The notes under the pieces: generated by a model
Database searches by the model: none
What the model was told of the DNA's origin: nothing
The model's input: the letters and a program-made list of their open reading frames with translations, nothing else
Assembly (NCBI GenBank): GCA_964057225.1
Contig: OZ059897.1
Span: 9,300,001-9,364,000 of the forward strand
Source: Auanema rhodensis
Lineage: Eukaryota > Animalia > Nematoda
Reading direction: 5' to 3'
DNA length: 64,000 nt
Shown: in pieces, positions 1 through 14,393 of the stretch
Layout: every line of letters starts with the position of its first letter
How positions within the stretch are numbered: the first letter of the stretch is position 1
Position numbers and translations under genes: made by a program

Positions 1-2274
1 GGCTTTTTCTACAGAAATATTAAAAAATGTGTAAACGAAAACATGGATAAGTATGGTGAAATTCCCTTAACAAATGATCCAAGTCTTCATTTCGGTGAAA
101 TTGACTTTTACAAATTTCCCCACCCGGTATGATATGGTGGTTTTTAAATTGTATCTGCTCTCATTCTTTTAAGAGTGGAAGTGGTAATGTAGGTGATATT
201 CTCTCAAAATTATTCGCGGCAGAATTGGATGAAAAAGTTCTTCGAGCTTCAAGGTATGAAGAGGAATTTGAAAAGGTTTTACTATCTCTTCGTTCCACCA
301 GATTTTGGACTAGCTACAGGTAAAAAAAAATGAACAGTGAAAAAAAAATTTTTTTTAAGGGAAAGATACCATTCTGAGGTTCCTATTTGGTATGAAGACG
401 GCGGCGAGAGTGATAATATGATAGGTGCTATTGCTCCAGCTATTGTACCAGCTGGTACAGTTTCACGAAGAAGTGTGCATAAACTTTGGGTTACTCTTAC
501 TAACTCTGCGGTAGCTCCCCATTTTCTAAACTGTTTGATAGTTTTATTTAGTCTGATAAAAACTTCGGAACAGGAATTAAGAGCATGATTCAAGCCCCAC
601 CAGGGTATCGTCTCGTGGGTGCAGATGTAGATTCTCAAGAACAGTGGTTAGCTGGACTATTTGGAGATGCTAGCGCCGCTAAATGTTTACGTTAGACATG
701 CAATTTGCAAGAAATTAAAATATAATATTCCTTATAGCATTGGAAGAAAGAAAAGCAGGAGTTACCCCATTTAGTAAGATGATGCTGGTTGGAACTAAGA
801 ACGATGGTACTGACTTGCATACTGTTGTTGCAAAGCAATTGGGTATAAATAGGAATAGTGCCAAGGTTAATAAAAAAAGTAGAAATCTTAAAGCCAAGAA
901 ACTTTAAATCAATAATCTGTTCTAATCTGAACGTTTTTTTCCTAGTTTTAGGTAGTTTTGAAATTATCTGCAATATAATAGTTACAAAAATATTTCGTTA
1001 TTTTTGTATTCCCAATTCTGTTTTAGATATTAAATTATGCTCGATTATATGGATCTGGTCAACGTCATGCTGAGCTTTCACTTGTTCAAAGTGGAGTACC
1101 TCCTAACGATGCTAAAAAAATCAGTAGAGATCTATTTGCTCTTACAAAGGGGACTATATCATTGTATATTATTGTTTTTAACGTAATATGTAAGTTTAAT
1201 GTTTAGTTGGCGTCGACTGCAATCATCTTTGGTACCTTTGCTGGATCAATTTAAACATGATGGAGGGACTGTTACAACTTTAGGGTTTGATGGAAATTTC
1301 TATTTACCTTCATATTCCAATATGTTTAAGTATGAGTTTTAACTATATCTTTCATTTGTTATTTATTGAATATAGAGATGGTGTTATAAAATTTGAAGAT
1401 TGGTTATTAACAAAGTTGAACGAGGGAGGGGTCATGTACAATCCCGAAGATGTTCTTCCACTAATTTATGAAAATTTTGGAAAGGAATATTCATTATATT
1501 ACGGGGGATAGTGAGTCAATATTATTATCCTCCTTATTTATTTATTTAGCGAGTCAGCAACATTTAATTTCCTCGAAGAAGAAACAAGAAAAAAATTATT
1601 AAGAACTCCAGTGCTGGACTGTCAATTAGGCGATTCATTAGCCCAATTATCAGAAGATGTTCCAGATAGGTATGCATTTAATGCTAAGTATAAGCGCTCT
1701 GTAATGAACTGGGTAACTCAGGAATAGTTTTAAAAACTGTAATATAAATTTTAAGCTAGTGCAATCTTCTGCAGTAGATTTCTTACATTTGCTACTCCTC
1801 TGCATGGAAGGATTTTGTTCAACATATGATATTAAATGCCGTTTCGTGATATCTATACATGATGAGGTATTCCAAAATTGAAATTTGTATATTCAATTAA
1901 TATCGTTTTAGATACGATATCTCTGTCCTAATGAGGAAGCAGCTCGTGTTGGTTTGGCATTAATGTTAAGTAATCTGTATGTGAGAGCTTTCATAACTGA
2001 AAAAGTTGGAATATCTCAATTACCTATGGTAAAAAATGCAATATATAATTTACTTAAAATTTATTTTAAGACAGTAGCATTCTTTTCTCAAGTGGATTGT
2101 GACGTTGTTCTTAGGAAGGAAGTAGACAGTCATTTTTCTAATCCTGATGGTAGCACCGTTGAAGATGGTAGTGTTTTTACAATTTAAATTAGATAAAATT
2201 ACTGTGGTTAAGGCATTGCGTGGACTATTGATGATCTCATGAAACTAACTAAAGGCACTTTGAAAATGAAATAA
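1..2274 (+). CDS. polg-1: Mitochondrial DNA polymerase gamma catalytic subunit, 3' part (multi-exon; 5' end lies outside the window)
   Basis: Spliced translation gives family-A/POLG motifs: [19 protein letters not shown], motif [15 protein letters not shown] (~605-650), motif B AK|[11 protein letters not shown] (~860-1060), motif C SIHDE|IRY (~1850-1920) and [16 protein letters not shown]. Introns are short GT-AG; stop TAA at 2272-2274. Confidence 0.93.
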
Positions 2275-2865
2275 AACTGAATTCCATTATTTCTTACTAT
2301 AGTTGAGAAATACTAGTTGACATAGATATGCAAAATTGAAATAAATACTACTATGATTTTTAATATATTAAAGATATTATTGAAATGATTATAAAATCTC
2401 TAGCACTTTAAATCTTTGTTAAAGATTTCGGACATACGACAAATGATCAAATAAGCTATTGCCTTAAAAGTTAAACCTCTCATTAATATTTTATTGTTAA
2501 AATTGAGATGATTGGTACATCCTTGTTTAATATCGTTTTCAGATTAAAATATACTCATTACGTCAATATCTGTTGTATTACAGACACACGCTGAAACATT
2601 ATTTCTCCCAATTGTTGATTATAGAAAAAAACAGGTGAAAACTATCGGTTATGAATGAAATATTTTCGAAATACAAATGTATTCTATTTGTTCACTTGCT
2701 TAATTGTAAAAATTTTTAATCCTTGTTCATGATTCCAGCTTTCTATGATTCGTTCAGCTCGAAAAGATCACTACGAAAATCCTCTTTTCCAATGAACTTT
2801 GTCTGATCAGAATATTATATTTACTTTCAGTACTTACATTAAATGCTCTTATTACTTGTACTCAG

Positions 2866-3975
2866 AATTGGTGGGGCTGTTTCAGTAGCCTGTTTATTTA
2901 TATCTTTTTTCTGTATATTATGTCATACTCCTGTAAGTATGGGAAGGGAATTTAAATGTTTATTATGTTTACAATGTTTTTGGTAAGTCATGTTTTTAAT
3001 CCACCTTACTAAAAAATAACTTTTGAAGTGGTTTTTGTTTTGTTTTCCTTGTATCTTGTGGTGGTACCCCCATTACCGTCGCTCCTTGCTTTGGTGGATA
3101 TTGCGAAGGGTTTTTGACGTTGTTTGATTTAACGATGTCAACAATAATTCTTGTCATTATTTCGTTCATTTATCGTAAGCTTTCATAGAAATAACATATA
3201 TTAAAAAGTGAACTAAGATTACGGTGGCTTAACTCTAATGTTGTTATATCTGCGATATCATGCTTTAATAATATTTCCACCAGAAAAAATGAAATACATT
3301 GCATATATTGCATCATTTCTGATATATTACGTATTACCATGGATACTTTGTGTAATCACAAAATTTGAAAATGTAGAAGCTCTCAAACAGAAATGTTTGA
3401 AGGTTTGTTTCACATCAAGCTGAAAGTTAATTAATATTTAGAAGTATCCTGGAGACCCACACGATATTTTAAGAGATGACACTTTAATTATATCAGTGTC
3501 CGAATCTGGCGTATATGCAATTATTTATATCATTTGTTGTGTTAGTGCCATGATTATATTCTTTATTAAAATAATTATACTAGTAATGCTTATTATGAAC
3601 AGGTTAACCCTACTAAAAAAGACAATGTCTGAGAAAACATTGAATACACACAAGCTTTTTCTTAAAGTCACTTTCATACAGGTCTTAAGTGTTTTAGTTT
3701 CAAATTCCTGAATGTGAATTTAAGGGTTTTACATTACTAATTGGTGCCGGACTGTGTATATTATTTTGGGTGTTAGGATATTTCGAAAGTTCCATAACAG
3801 GTCAATACACGAATGTTTCGTTTATATAAACATAACTTTTCAGAAGTACAAAACTTTATTTTACTCTCAATGGTTACAATCTTTATAATTGGGCCTATGT
3901 ACGCTGTTTACATTGTACCTTCCTATCAAAAAGCGGTTTTCAATCTTTTTAATATAACACGATATAAGAACAGGT
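2866..3975 (+). CDS. Serpentine (7TM) chemoreceptor, Str superfamily (Srh/Sri-like); first and last exons unresolved
   Basis: Exons translate to FCILCHTPVSMGREFKCLLCLQCF, TPITVAPCFGGYCEG, MSEKTLNTHKLFLKVTFIQ and VYIVPSYQKAV. This fits the recalled Srh-type pattern (TP..M, P....P..GY..G, S..T....FL....Q, Y...Y..AV), with several hydrophobic segments. Confidence 0.7.
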
Positions 3976-4792
3976 TTGTAAAATCTTCATTCAAAGTGCT
4001 TCACGTGGATTATGCAAATTGCACGTGCTGTCTTTTGAGTTCACGCATATGTTAACTGATTTATTTTAAATAAAATGAATGTAGAAAGGTAATTAATAAA
4101 GCTCACTTTACACATTACCTAAAATTATTTGAATAATTGTCAATACATCATTAAATATCGTTTTAGAGTTAGAACGATTATTGAGAATACTAGTAAAAAC
4201 ATTTCAAATGTTATATAATACAATACATCGGAGAAGAAGCCTTTTGTAGCAGCATGCTTGTTCTATTCAAAATTACTTGTGTTTTCTGACCATTCTTCTT
4301 CGAAATAAAAATTAGATATTTTCTTATTAAGTTTATTGACAGGTTAACTTTATATAATAATAACCTCAATAAAAATAAACATTAACAACTATGTATATAT
4401 GTAGCTTCGGAATCAGTAGCAGAATGACAATATATGTATGTCTCTTCAAGCTATTTGTTTTTTTTTCACTAACATAATGCAATATTATTCTCTTTTTAGA
4501 GCAAGAAATAAGTCTAAAAGAGACGGTTTTTGTTGATAAACATTTGCTTTGCTAAACAAATATATAAATATATTTAGATATCCATTTTTTCGCGTCACAC
4601 TTCATTTTCACCTGGTTTAATAATTAAACATCTTTATCTAATTTCTTGTTTTCATTTCCTTTAAAATTAAAGTATTGTAATATATTTTCAATCCAAAATA
4701 TTGTAATTTATTATTAATGAACTTCATTTTCTTCAACTTCGAATTATTCCTTAAAGTTTTAACCATTGTTTTGTTAGATTTATTTGCCAGTG

Positions 4793-5090
4793 GGACTTAG
4801 CTTTGAAATTTCGAGTATTTATAGTTGAATCAGACGTCAAAGAAATAATATATAGCATTATAAATATGCAGGAATGAAATTTTTTGGTTTAAACTTTCTG
4901 AATATGAATTTAAATTCAAATTCTTCATGTGATATTAATTAGGACATAGCTTTGAAATTTCGAGCAGTTCTAATTGAATCAGACGTCAAAGAAATAATAT
5001 ATAGCAATATAAATATGCAGGAATGAAATGCTTTTTTTAAAACTTTCTGAATATGAATTTAAACTTAAATTCATCGTGTGATATCAATTA
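4793..5090. repeat. Direct tandem duplication, 149-bp period, 2 slightly diverged copies
   Basis: ctttgaaatttcgag...gaatcagacgtcaaagaaataatatatagca...aaactttctgaatatgaattt starts at 4801 and again at 4950. Confidence 0.9.
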
Positions 5091-5452
5091 ATTAGAAGGT
5101 TATTACGTTGTTATAATATATTGAAGTTAAAATTTATTTACTGTTCTCTATCACAAACGAATTGTTATCGATGCATATACATAAATGTTTTCATAGTATC
5201 TTAATAACTAAAGGGAGAGTAACTGTTTATCTCCTGATTTCCGGCACGTGTGATTGGTAGTAAGATGAACATGGAAAATTATATGCATACATATAATATA
5301 TTACTGTCCTTAGCTATTTTCTATAGAACTTGGATTTGATGAATTGATCAAATAAGAATTATTTGTTGAACTGGACCTAGCAACATTTTTTCTGACATTT
5401 TTTGCAAGTAGGCTTATTAATTTGACTTGGTATACAGCCCAGAGCTACTAAA

Positions 5453-6632
5453 CTAAGTATACCCCAAGGGAACAAAGATAAGATCAAACAAAATGCCACA
5501 ATTAATAGAAAGAGAATAGCCCAATAATTAGTTTTTCTACGTGCTGTAAATCTTCTTTTCTGAAAAAAATTGTTTATAAATTTTGATCTCTTGCTTATTT
5601 TCCATGCATCACTCTTCTTTATTTTTGCTTTTTTACAATAAATATTACTAACCGTATTTTGGAATATTGGCTAGGTTATTTACAACTAGATTAGAAAATA
5701 AACTTACACATGAATGGCATCTGTTTAATCCTTTTAGCAAGGGGTTTGCTTCTTCTTCTACGCTCATTCTGATTATACTATCACTTTCTCCAGAATTCAC
5801 CGCTTAAATGAATGAGTTAGTATACCTCATTTGAATCTAATCTGATTTAAATTGAGGTGATTTTTTTACAAAAACAACACAATTTTGAAACGTTTTTTAA
5901 AAGCCTACTCGAATGTCCGTACGTAGGTGGAGGGATCCAATAATGTGGTGGCTCTATTTTACTGTTAGATGGCAGAATTGCATAATCCGGCCTGGTTAAA
6001 TTCCATCGACCTTCTTGAATTACATTTAATACACCGTAATTAATTGGTCCAGACTGTTTTGGATTTTGGAGGGTGCCTGACTCCGGTGAGTATTGGCAAG
6101 CCGCATAGTTTGGAAGGGAAGCAGGATCATTAACAATATGTATTGGAGGTTCATAATTACTTGTATTTGCCGTATTTTGATACTGCCTGTAACTGTGATT
6201 TTATGAAGAATTCTTGTGCATTCCCAAATGCATGAAAAATGAATTATTGATAGCCTTAGTAGCTCTCTACATTTATTTTATCAAGTAAATTTTATCATTA
6301 AAAATTGACACTCTAGACCTTCGAGAAAAAAAAGGTTGAACTTCAAAATTAAGATCGGGAGCGCAGAAATGAAAAGAATTTTATGACCTCTCAGTCGTAC
6401 TTTATATTTGAATATTAATGCGGGGTTGATAAGAATTAGAAGTAGTACCTATTATATTGATGATATGACATATGGCAAACCATTACTTCTTCCTCTTTTG
6501 GTAATTCTGTTTTTGGATAACATGTGGCTTCTTGATGTAATTGTGGATATCTCACATCGGGAGAATCAGGACGATCAGCATTAGATGATGTTGTGGACTC
6601 ATCGTCAGAAAATGCGTTTAACATGCTGTATG
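5453..6632 (-). CDS. Multi-exon protein of unknown function, possibly tail-anchored; exon structure partly uncertain
   Basis: Open exon-like blocks with splice signals at ~6480-6630 (NAFSDDESTTSSNADRPDSP), ~5910-6186 (QYQNTANTSNYEPPIH...YWIPPTYVRTF) and ~5453-5560 (KRRFTARRKTNYWAILFLLIVAFCLILSLFPLGYT*). Confidence 0.45.
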
Positions 6633-9600
6633 CTGTAAAGAAACATATAAGCTAGGTTGGAAAGTGAATTTGATAAGATTGTAAAGTTATGTATCATCAC
6701 TGTGCCTAATAAGATGCTCACATAACTAATACAAACAGAATGTAAGTAAACATAATAAAGAAAACCATGTAATCATATTCGATTGAGATTATTTGATACA
6801 TTTTACAGTAATGCTATAATGAATAAGATGCAATCAAATTTAAGAATTGATAAAATACTCTGTAATTAAATTATTAAAGAAATGGAATGAAAGCTTTGAA
6901 CAAGCAGTGGTCAGTAAATTAGGAAAAAATCACATTGTCCTTCTTATAAAAGGGAACATATTTATTTCTGATAAGAGTAAAAGTATGATACTAACATGTG
7001 ACATAAGTAAAGTTTCACGGGATCAGTAATTTCAAAATAATAGTGTGATTCAAAAGGAGAAAGTGAAAACTAATGTTGTTTTTGATTTGAATGTCTAACA
7101 ATGTCAACAATTCTCCTCGTTTGGTTTATCAGTTTTAGCCAGTTCAATATTAAATGTTATAGAAGCAAAGTTCAGCACGGTAAAATAAAGTTTGATGTAA
7201 CCACTTCAAAGGAATATGTTTGAGAATAGGATAGCACACAGTAGTAACAACAATGATACTTTATTTCCTTATCAATAGCGAATTGTAGCTAAAAGATAAT
7301 TGAGAAGATTATCTCGAATTTTCGTTTTTTTTGTGTCTTAACATTGCTTCTCTGATATAAAGATTTTTTTTGTGTTGGGGTGTAAAACCGTTAAAGTGTT
7401 AAGAATAGGTAGCTTACACAGAGAAATTCCTTACCATTCAGTAGTATTGAAAGGCAGAGGAGAGAATGGAGAAAAAAAGAAAAATTAGTGAGAGGAACTA
7501 GACAAAGAGAGATAAATACATGAGAGAGTGAAGGATGTGAAAATAGAGGAGGTTGATAACAACGACTAAGATAAGAAATACAGGACACTAATCTGTGGGT
7601 CGGAACAGAATAGTTAGGCAGATATCATATGAAAACACACTAGTCCACTTAATAAATAAATAGATTTAATTAGAACTGCTCATGATCACTGGTTACAAGA
7701 CCAATGCTCATGCTGCGTTTAATGAGAAAATATATTGAAACCTTGAATGCATGAGAATATGAAACTCGTATAATTCCATAGTTGTACTTATCGGCTGATA
7801 TTTTAAAATATTTTCTTTCAAAGAATTCCATTCTTTTAATCTCTCACATTGTATTCCTATACTACAGGCTTTTTGATGTTAATACGATGAAGACAGAACT
7901 GACTAGTTCTTCAATGAATGCTGCATTCCGCCCCAATAATCGACTACCACTTAAACAGTTTTGGAGTTTATTTGGAGTTTATTACTTTTTTTATTCCATT
8001 TTTAAAACACCAAAAATTATCAGGTATATGATCACGTTTATTACGAAACCACTACAATACCTGAAACATGTATATATCTCAGCTGTATCAACAATCTCAA
8101 AAACCTATGTTAATAAATATAGATAAAAGAGTTTTTTTTCTGTGAATGATGTAAGGAATCTCTTTCTATTATTTCAAATAGAAACCAACAATTTTTTTCA
8201 AAACCTATTTTGTTTTCATATAAAGTTTCTCCAAGCATGATGCTCGAATAGAAAACCAACCACGTCTGTTTGAATCAATTTCATACTTACGTTACATTGA
8301 ACACAGAAAAAAAAATAGTTGAATTTACATATTTTAGGTTATTGCTTGTTTGTTTTATAGTATGGCCTTGAGCAGAAATTAAATAAAATAGTACTAAAAC
8401 AAAATCTTTATGCCCGAAAAATCAAGACGCTATTTGCATAACTTATTTTAATGAACTATTAGAATTGACTTAGAAAAATGCTCGATATATGTATATATAT
8501 ATATATTTGCTTTCACTTGTTTTTATTATATAACATCTATTCTCGACCACTTTTAGCTTTATCGTTATTGTCGTTGCTATGGTATAGATTTTTTGAAAGT
8601 TGAGATTATGCATAGTAGATTTGTTTTTCCTTTCCGTTATAGTTTCTAGCAATTAGCATTGCAATTTTTTATGATATTTCTTCATTCAACACACTATTTC
8701 TTTAACACAGAATAATAATAATATTAAAAAAATCAGTTTTGAAAAAAATTCGTATTTAGTAGTATGTTATTAAAAAATCGGAAATAAAAACCTTTTAAAT
8801 ATTTGTATAATATATATTGTGAACTAAATGCACATATATAGTATAAGTGTACGCTACATGTGATTTGAGTTAGTAGATTGAGCAAGGCAAGCTTTTCTCT
8901 CCTGAAGAGAATTATGCTAATTACTGTTGGCCTTGCTTCATCGCTTGAAAATGGTCTTAGTCCACCTGGCTGTCTAATTCTCACAAAGCTTATACGACCT
9001 TTCTCGTATGCCTGGTCCATGGAAACATATGCCAGTCTTGGTTCTATTTTCTACCTCGTGATGACGTAAAAAACGTGGCACAACATGTTTTTTTATTATT
9101 TCTGTTGTTAATAATATTTTACAGTATGATTATCAGAATCAGCTTATAAGGGAATTAAACTTTATTTGTTAAAACTAGTAAAACCTCCAATTTATGAGGA
9201 AATTCCTCCTTTCACCTTTCTCTCAATATCCCGTGCAACACTTTCTTTTTTCCAATAGCGCACGCATTTATATTCACATTTGTTTACATAAAATTTGACA
9301 TAACAAATCACAGACAATATCCTCATTTACTTGCTCGACATTACATGAATCGTTTGTTCCTCAACTGTTTCCTTTACATGCTCTCTCCTCCATATACTTC
9401 TACTCTCTGTCTATGCCTACTTCACGCACAATGTTAGAATTACACTTCATCGTTTTGAAAATGACTCATTCCTCCGGACAGTAAATTCCTCTGTGATACA
9501 AAACTAACAACGATAATGTGTATATACATGTATGTATGTACAAATACGAATATCTACACATGTGTCGGTATTATTTAATATAACAATAATAATACAAAAT

Positions 9601-12274
9601 ATATATTTTATTAATTTTCTTTATCTTGATATTCTTCTTATTTCTTCTTTAAAATAGCGGTCAATACGCAGTTCTCTCACAAGAAAAAAAAAACAAGGTC
9701 ATCCTCACTCATCAAACTGTACGATATTTTCATTCTGATGGTATAATGCTAGTTCTATCTCCAGTTCTATATATTTTTTTGCATATATTTAAATTAATAT
9801 ATTTTTGATTTGTGCAAAAATATTTGAATTTTATCTACTCACATACAACTCATCAAATAATATAATTATTTCTTTGAAAAATGAATTCAACATGTATTTC
9901 TCTGCATTAAACATCTCGTTATAGCGATGAAGCCAAATTGCAATATATAATATTTACGCAGATACAAATTTGCTTTTTGAATCTTGAAACTCCATTGTTT
10001 TTTTTGTCGAGATCTCGCCTTCCATCATTTGCTTCCATTTAATAGCATAGTATTGTGTGGGTATTTTTTTCAATCAACATCCTCTTACCTAGTTGCACAT
10101 ATAGTCGCTGGACTGACTTGACTTACATTCATACATACGTACATATATGAATGTCCTTGAACTCATCTTCACTTTGCTTAAGAGAGTAGTGGAAACATTT
10201 TATTAGCTCAGCACAAAATTAAATTAATACTATTTTTCGAAAAAAAAAAGTGTATTATTTATTCTATATCATTGTTATCATTATTATGCTAATCCAAACG
10301 TATGTATTACGAGCTACTATAATCTTCCATTTACGGATGAAATAGTTTTGGTGAACCGCATTTGCTTTTAGTCACTGCTATTGATTCAAAATTGCTTAAA
10401 AACTTTTCTTCTGCATAATTGTGTTGCTGAGGAAATCTAAAAATGAATAGATTTCTGCGTCACAGCAAGTAATGCTTTAATGCCATTTCTACAAAAAAAA
10501 TAGCTTGTTTATAAATTGTACTAGTATTATAATAAAATCAAGCTTATAGTGAACGGCTGGAAGAGCGGTTCTCTTCTAATCATCAATTCATTTCGAATTT
10601 TATATATGTATATACATATAATTCTTATCAATTTGAAGCTTTGTATGTAAATATGAATCGTTAACTATACAACATATAAGTTATGAAGTGAGTTTTTTAT
10701 GAATCGTGCTTTATTTCTTGGAAAACATACAATTATATGATAATTTTGTTGTTGCTATACATTTTTTTTTCAAATATTATTTATGATTTTTTTCATTTTG
10801 TATAATACAACTAGTATGTGTTTCGAGTATGTTTTCTTCAATACTAGCCTGCTATTTACACAATATTACCTGAATGATAGAAGAAGCTGCCCAATGTTTT
10901 TTCAAACCCAGCATTCGGATCACTTTCTTATTGCCTTGCTATATAACTTTACTAACTATATTCTTTTGTCTTATATATGAAAATATTTATGATAATGTCC
11001 ATGCTGAGGTGTGACAAGCACAATGAACTATTTCTATTTTGGCATTTTATGCGTTAATCATAACTATGTTGAGCATTGGAGAAAAAAAAACGTTTTGTAT
11101 GGAATATTCATATCAATATTTTACTATTTCCTCCTTTTGAATTATAAAATAGCCAAGTACTATGTACCCTTCTGTATGTTTGCTTAGATATTTGAGATTG
11201 TAATAACAATGACAGTTGACCATTTTGCGTTTCTTTTGATTTTCTTATTTTTACTTTTTCCATTTTTAATATTTTAATATATAATATAAAAAAATTTAAT
11301 AATTTCATATACAATTACTGTATAACTGTATATTAGTGTTCTGTAAATATTTCAAAATTTAAACTTCATACTGCATATCTTTTCTTTTTTTCTCAAAACA
11401 TATGTTTCTGTATTTTCTGCTGTATGCCGTTCATTTATTTTTTAAACCATTGCTTCAGCTTATTTTAAGGTATTTAAGTAATGTTTTCATGTACTATGAT
11501 CATTATTTTCCAATAGGATTAATATGCTCATCGATTTTAAAGATTGAAAACTCTGAACAAGTTCAAATTGAAGTTCATTTCACCAAATACTTTGTTTGTT
11601 CAGATAGCATTTGAAATCATTGGCAGCTGAAATGATTTCACAGAGACTTGATCTAAGCCGCTTATTGTCATCGTCGATTTGCTGCCATCTCTCATTCATT
11701 TTAAATTTTTGTTTGAGTTGAGTCGTCTCTCATTAAATATTTTCAATCATTTTGTAGAATTTGTTTCAATTTTTCACTTCTCTTTAAGATTTGAATTCAT
11801 GTTTGAAATTTGAAGTTGTATGTAAGATGCTAAAATTTCAAACCGCAATTACTTTTCATTTTTTATAAAGGGCATGTTTGTCCATGAAGAATTTTATGAC
11901 TTTTAACGAAAAAAGATCTTTGACGACAAAAACCTCACTGTAAAATCTCATTATATTCTATAGTCTTTCTTTTTCTTTCCTCGACATTTAGTTTTATGGA
12001 AAACTCGATGAATGAATGCCCTTTGCAAACTTTAAATTCTTCATTTTTGTTTCTAATAGTAAATTCTAATTTTAGAATGAATAATTCCAATGATATCAGA
12101 GATGCTGATAATACTCGGAACTCTACTAGAAGTTGCCCAGAGAGGTAATTAACAATATACACATTAATTAACCTTTTATTTGAAGTTTTTCCTCGTTACC
12201 AAATAAACGGACCCAATTTCCAAGAAGATCGTTAAAGAATTTGAGAATTTCAGTTGGTAGAGACCTTCAGCCAT

Positions 12275-13667
12275 ATGTTCAAGGGTATTCCTTTTTTTAA
12301 TTTTCATATTAAACAAAAATGTGCAGAGACAGAGCTGGTTGCTTAGAAAGAATAGGAGAATGTAAAGAATTTGATGATCCATCAGTGAACAAGGTATTTC
12401 CAAAGTAATTTTTCAATTCAGCATTTAGTTTTTAGGAAATCGACGAAGAGTCTGGAATAGTCCATTCACCAGCCGGAAGTGTTCGTAGTCTTCACGTTAG
12501 GCTAGAAGAGCAAATTCACAAACATTACTATACAATAGCCTATTCGTTGGTCATAATAGCTGTGAGTTCAATAAGTTGTGAAGAAATAACTTGAATGTTT
12601 CAGTATTTAATTGGTTTTACGGAATATCTATATTTACGTCTAGTTTCATTGTTAGTTCCTGATCACACATATCATCATCCTTCTTGTGAAGGGAAAGCTA
12701 ATAGGCGAATAGGAAAAGATGGTTTTCACTACGGCGTGTCCTTAGCAGCCTTTATAGTTTTTGCTCTATTTCAACTTATTGTAAGATCTTTCTAACACAA
12801 ACGACTGCTGATTGCTAAACATTTTAGTGTTTTTTTGGCTTAACTATATCAGAAAATTGGACTGTCTGTAATTTACCACAGTCGGATGACGAAACCATTA
12901 AGATGAAGCATGATATAGCTGCTCATGTTCGCAAAATGATAGGACAAACTATATATAGAGTTTTCAGTAAGTTAAAAAAAACTTATTTTCAAAAAAAAAT
13001 CTTTACAACGTTATAACATACTGCTTTTGTTGTTATAAAGTAGAATATATAATTTGCATATACGTTAGTAATATATGAGTAACCAGTTGTTGTGTACAAA
13101 TTGTGCAACACTACATATTTATACAAAACCGTATCTTCTTGTTGTACAGGAAATTGATTGAATATCTCAATTTTTTTCTGTTTGTAAAAAACAAAGAGTG
13201 CTATGAACACTTTTATTCGATCTACAATACCACTTATAGCATGCTATGGAATATGCTCTGCTATCAACTGCGGAATTATTTTTTATATGGTTGGGATTCA
13301 GGTTTAGCTTATACAATATTCTTAATAAATTATTAAAAACTGTTGTAGGATTCCCTGGGAGATACAGTATCAACTGTGTTCTTATATATGTTTGACGCAG
13401 TTGTTATTTTGTACTTTATCGCCTTTCCCTTAACAACTGTTATATATCATCCTCAAGTTCAATGTTTTAGAGTGTGAGCTGTTAATTTTTGTTATCATAG
13501 TTTTTTAAAATTATTTTAGAGAGCCATCTATTGCTCAACTTGCTCCGAATCTTGTTCCAACTATACAAGCTCGATCTCAATCCAGTACCTTGGAAAGTAC
13601 TGTAGGTGGTTTAGAAGAATATGCACACAGCCCTCGCAGACCACACAGAACAACAACAGTAGTCTGA
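12275..13667 (+). CDS. Multi-pass membrane protein of unknown family; start uncertain
   Basis: GT-AG bounded exons give [12 protein letters not shown]...[11 protein letters not shown]|[17 protein letters not shown]...[16 protein letters not shown]|CFFGLT..., then [26 protein letters not shown], ending RPHRTTTVV* (TGA 13665-13667). Confidence 0.6.
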
Positions 13668-14393
13668 TTATGAATAATTACCTTTCCATTAATAAATTAC
13701 AACAACAAATCTTCATACTAAACTTCTTATAAATCTGTGATCTCAATAATATCAGTTCTACGTGTATTAATCTTAGTTAAAAGTATATTCATGCTTCATT
13801 AAATTGTAAATTGTTACCCAATAAACATTAAAAATTCTATATCAATTTATTTTTCGAGAATTTGATCTATCTAAGACTCAAAACTTGACCTATCAATGAT
13901 TTGTCGAATGCTACTTATATTTCCCTTAAAGTTTACTTCAAACAAATAACTGATTTAAAAGAAATAGCTTATGTTGTGAAGATTGTTATGTTCTTCTGAA
14001 TATAGATTGTGTTTGTTTAGGAAGTTCTAACATTGCATATTTGCTTATGTAGATTGCTACTTAATATTTATAGAGCTAAGAAGTTCTTCTTTGGCTTCTA
14101 ACTATATTGAACTGTATTAATATCCAACCATATATGTATGTATATGGTTAGAAGTAATTGAACTATCCAATAAGATATCACAACTTTGAAGACAGTTAAA
14201 ATTTCAAATTAATTTCTTTATGAAATTTGATTTTTTAAAACAGAATTGCAAAACTCTAAAAATATCTGGAAGAATAAGCACTTTTTTTACACCATGAAAA
14301 CTAAAATTTCATTTGTAGCTGAGAATTTATTGTTTAAATTCTTTTATGTATGTAAGGTATGTTGAAGACTTCTCATTTATAATGATTTGAGCT

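Noticed and set aside
6700-12200. Short ORFs and small hairpins (e.g. 10424-10468, 11612-11640) in the long AT-rich interval
   Set aside because: Low-complexity translations with no consistent exon chain; hairpins are too short or asymmetric to call miRNA or MITE.
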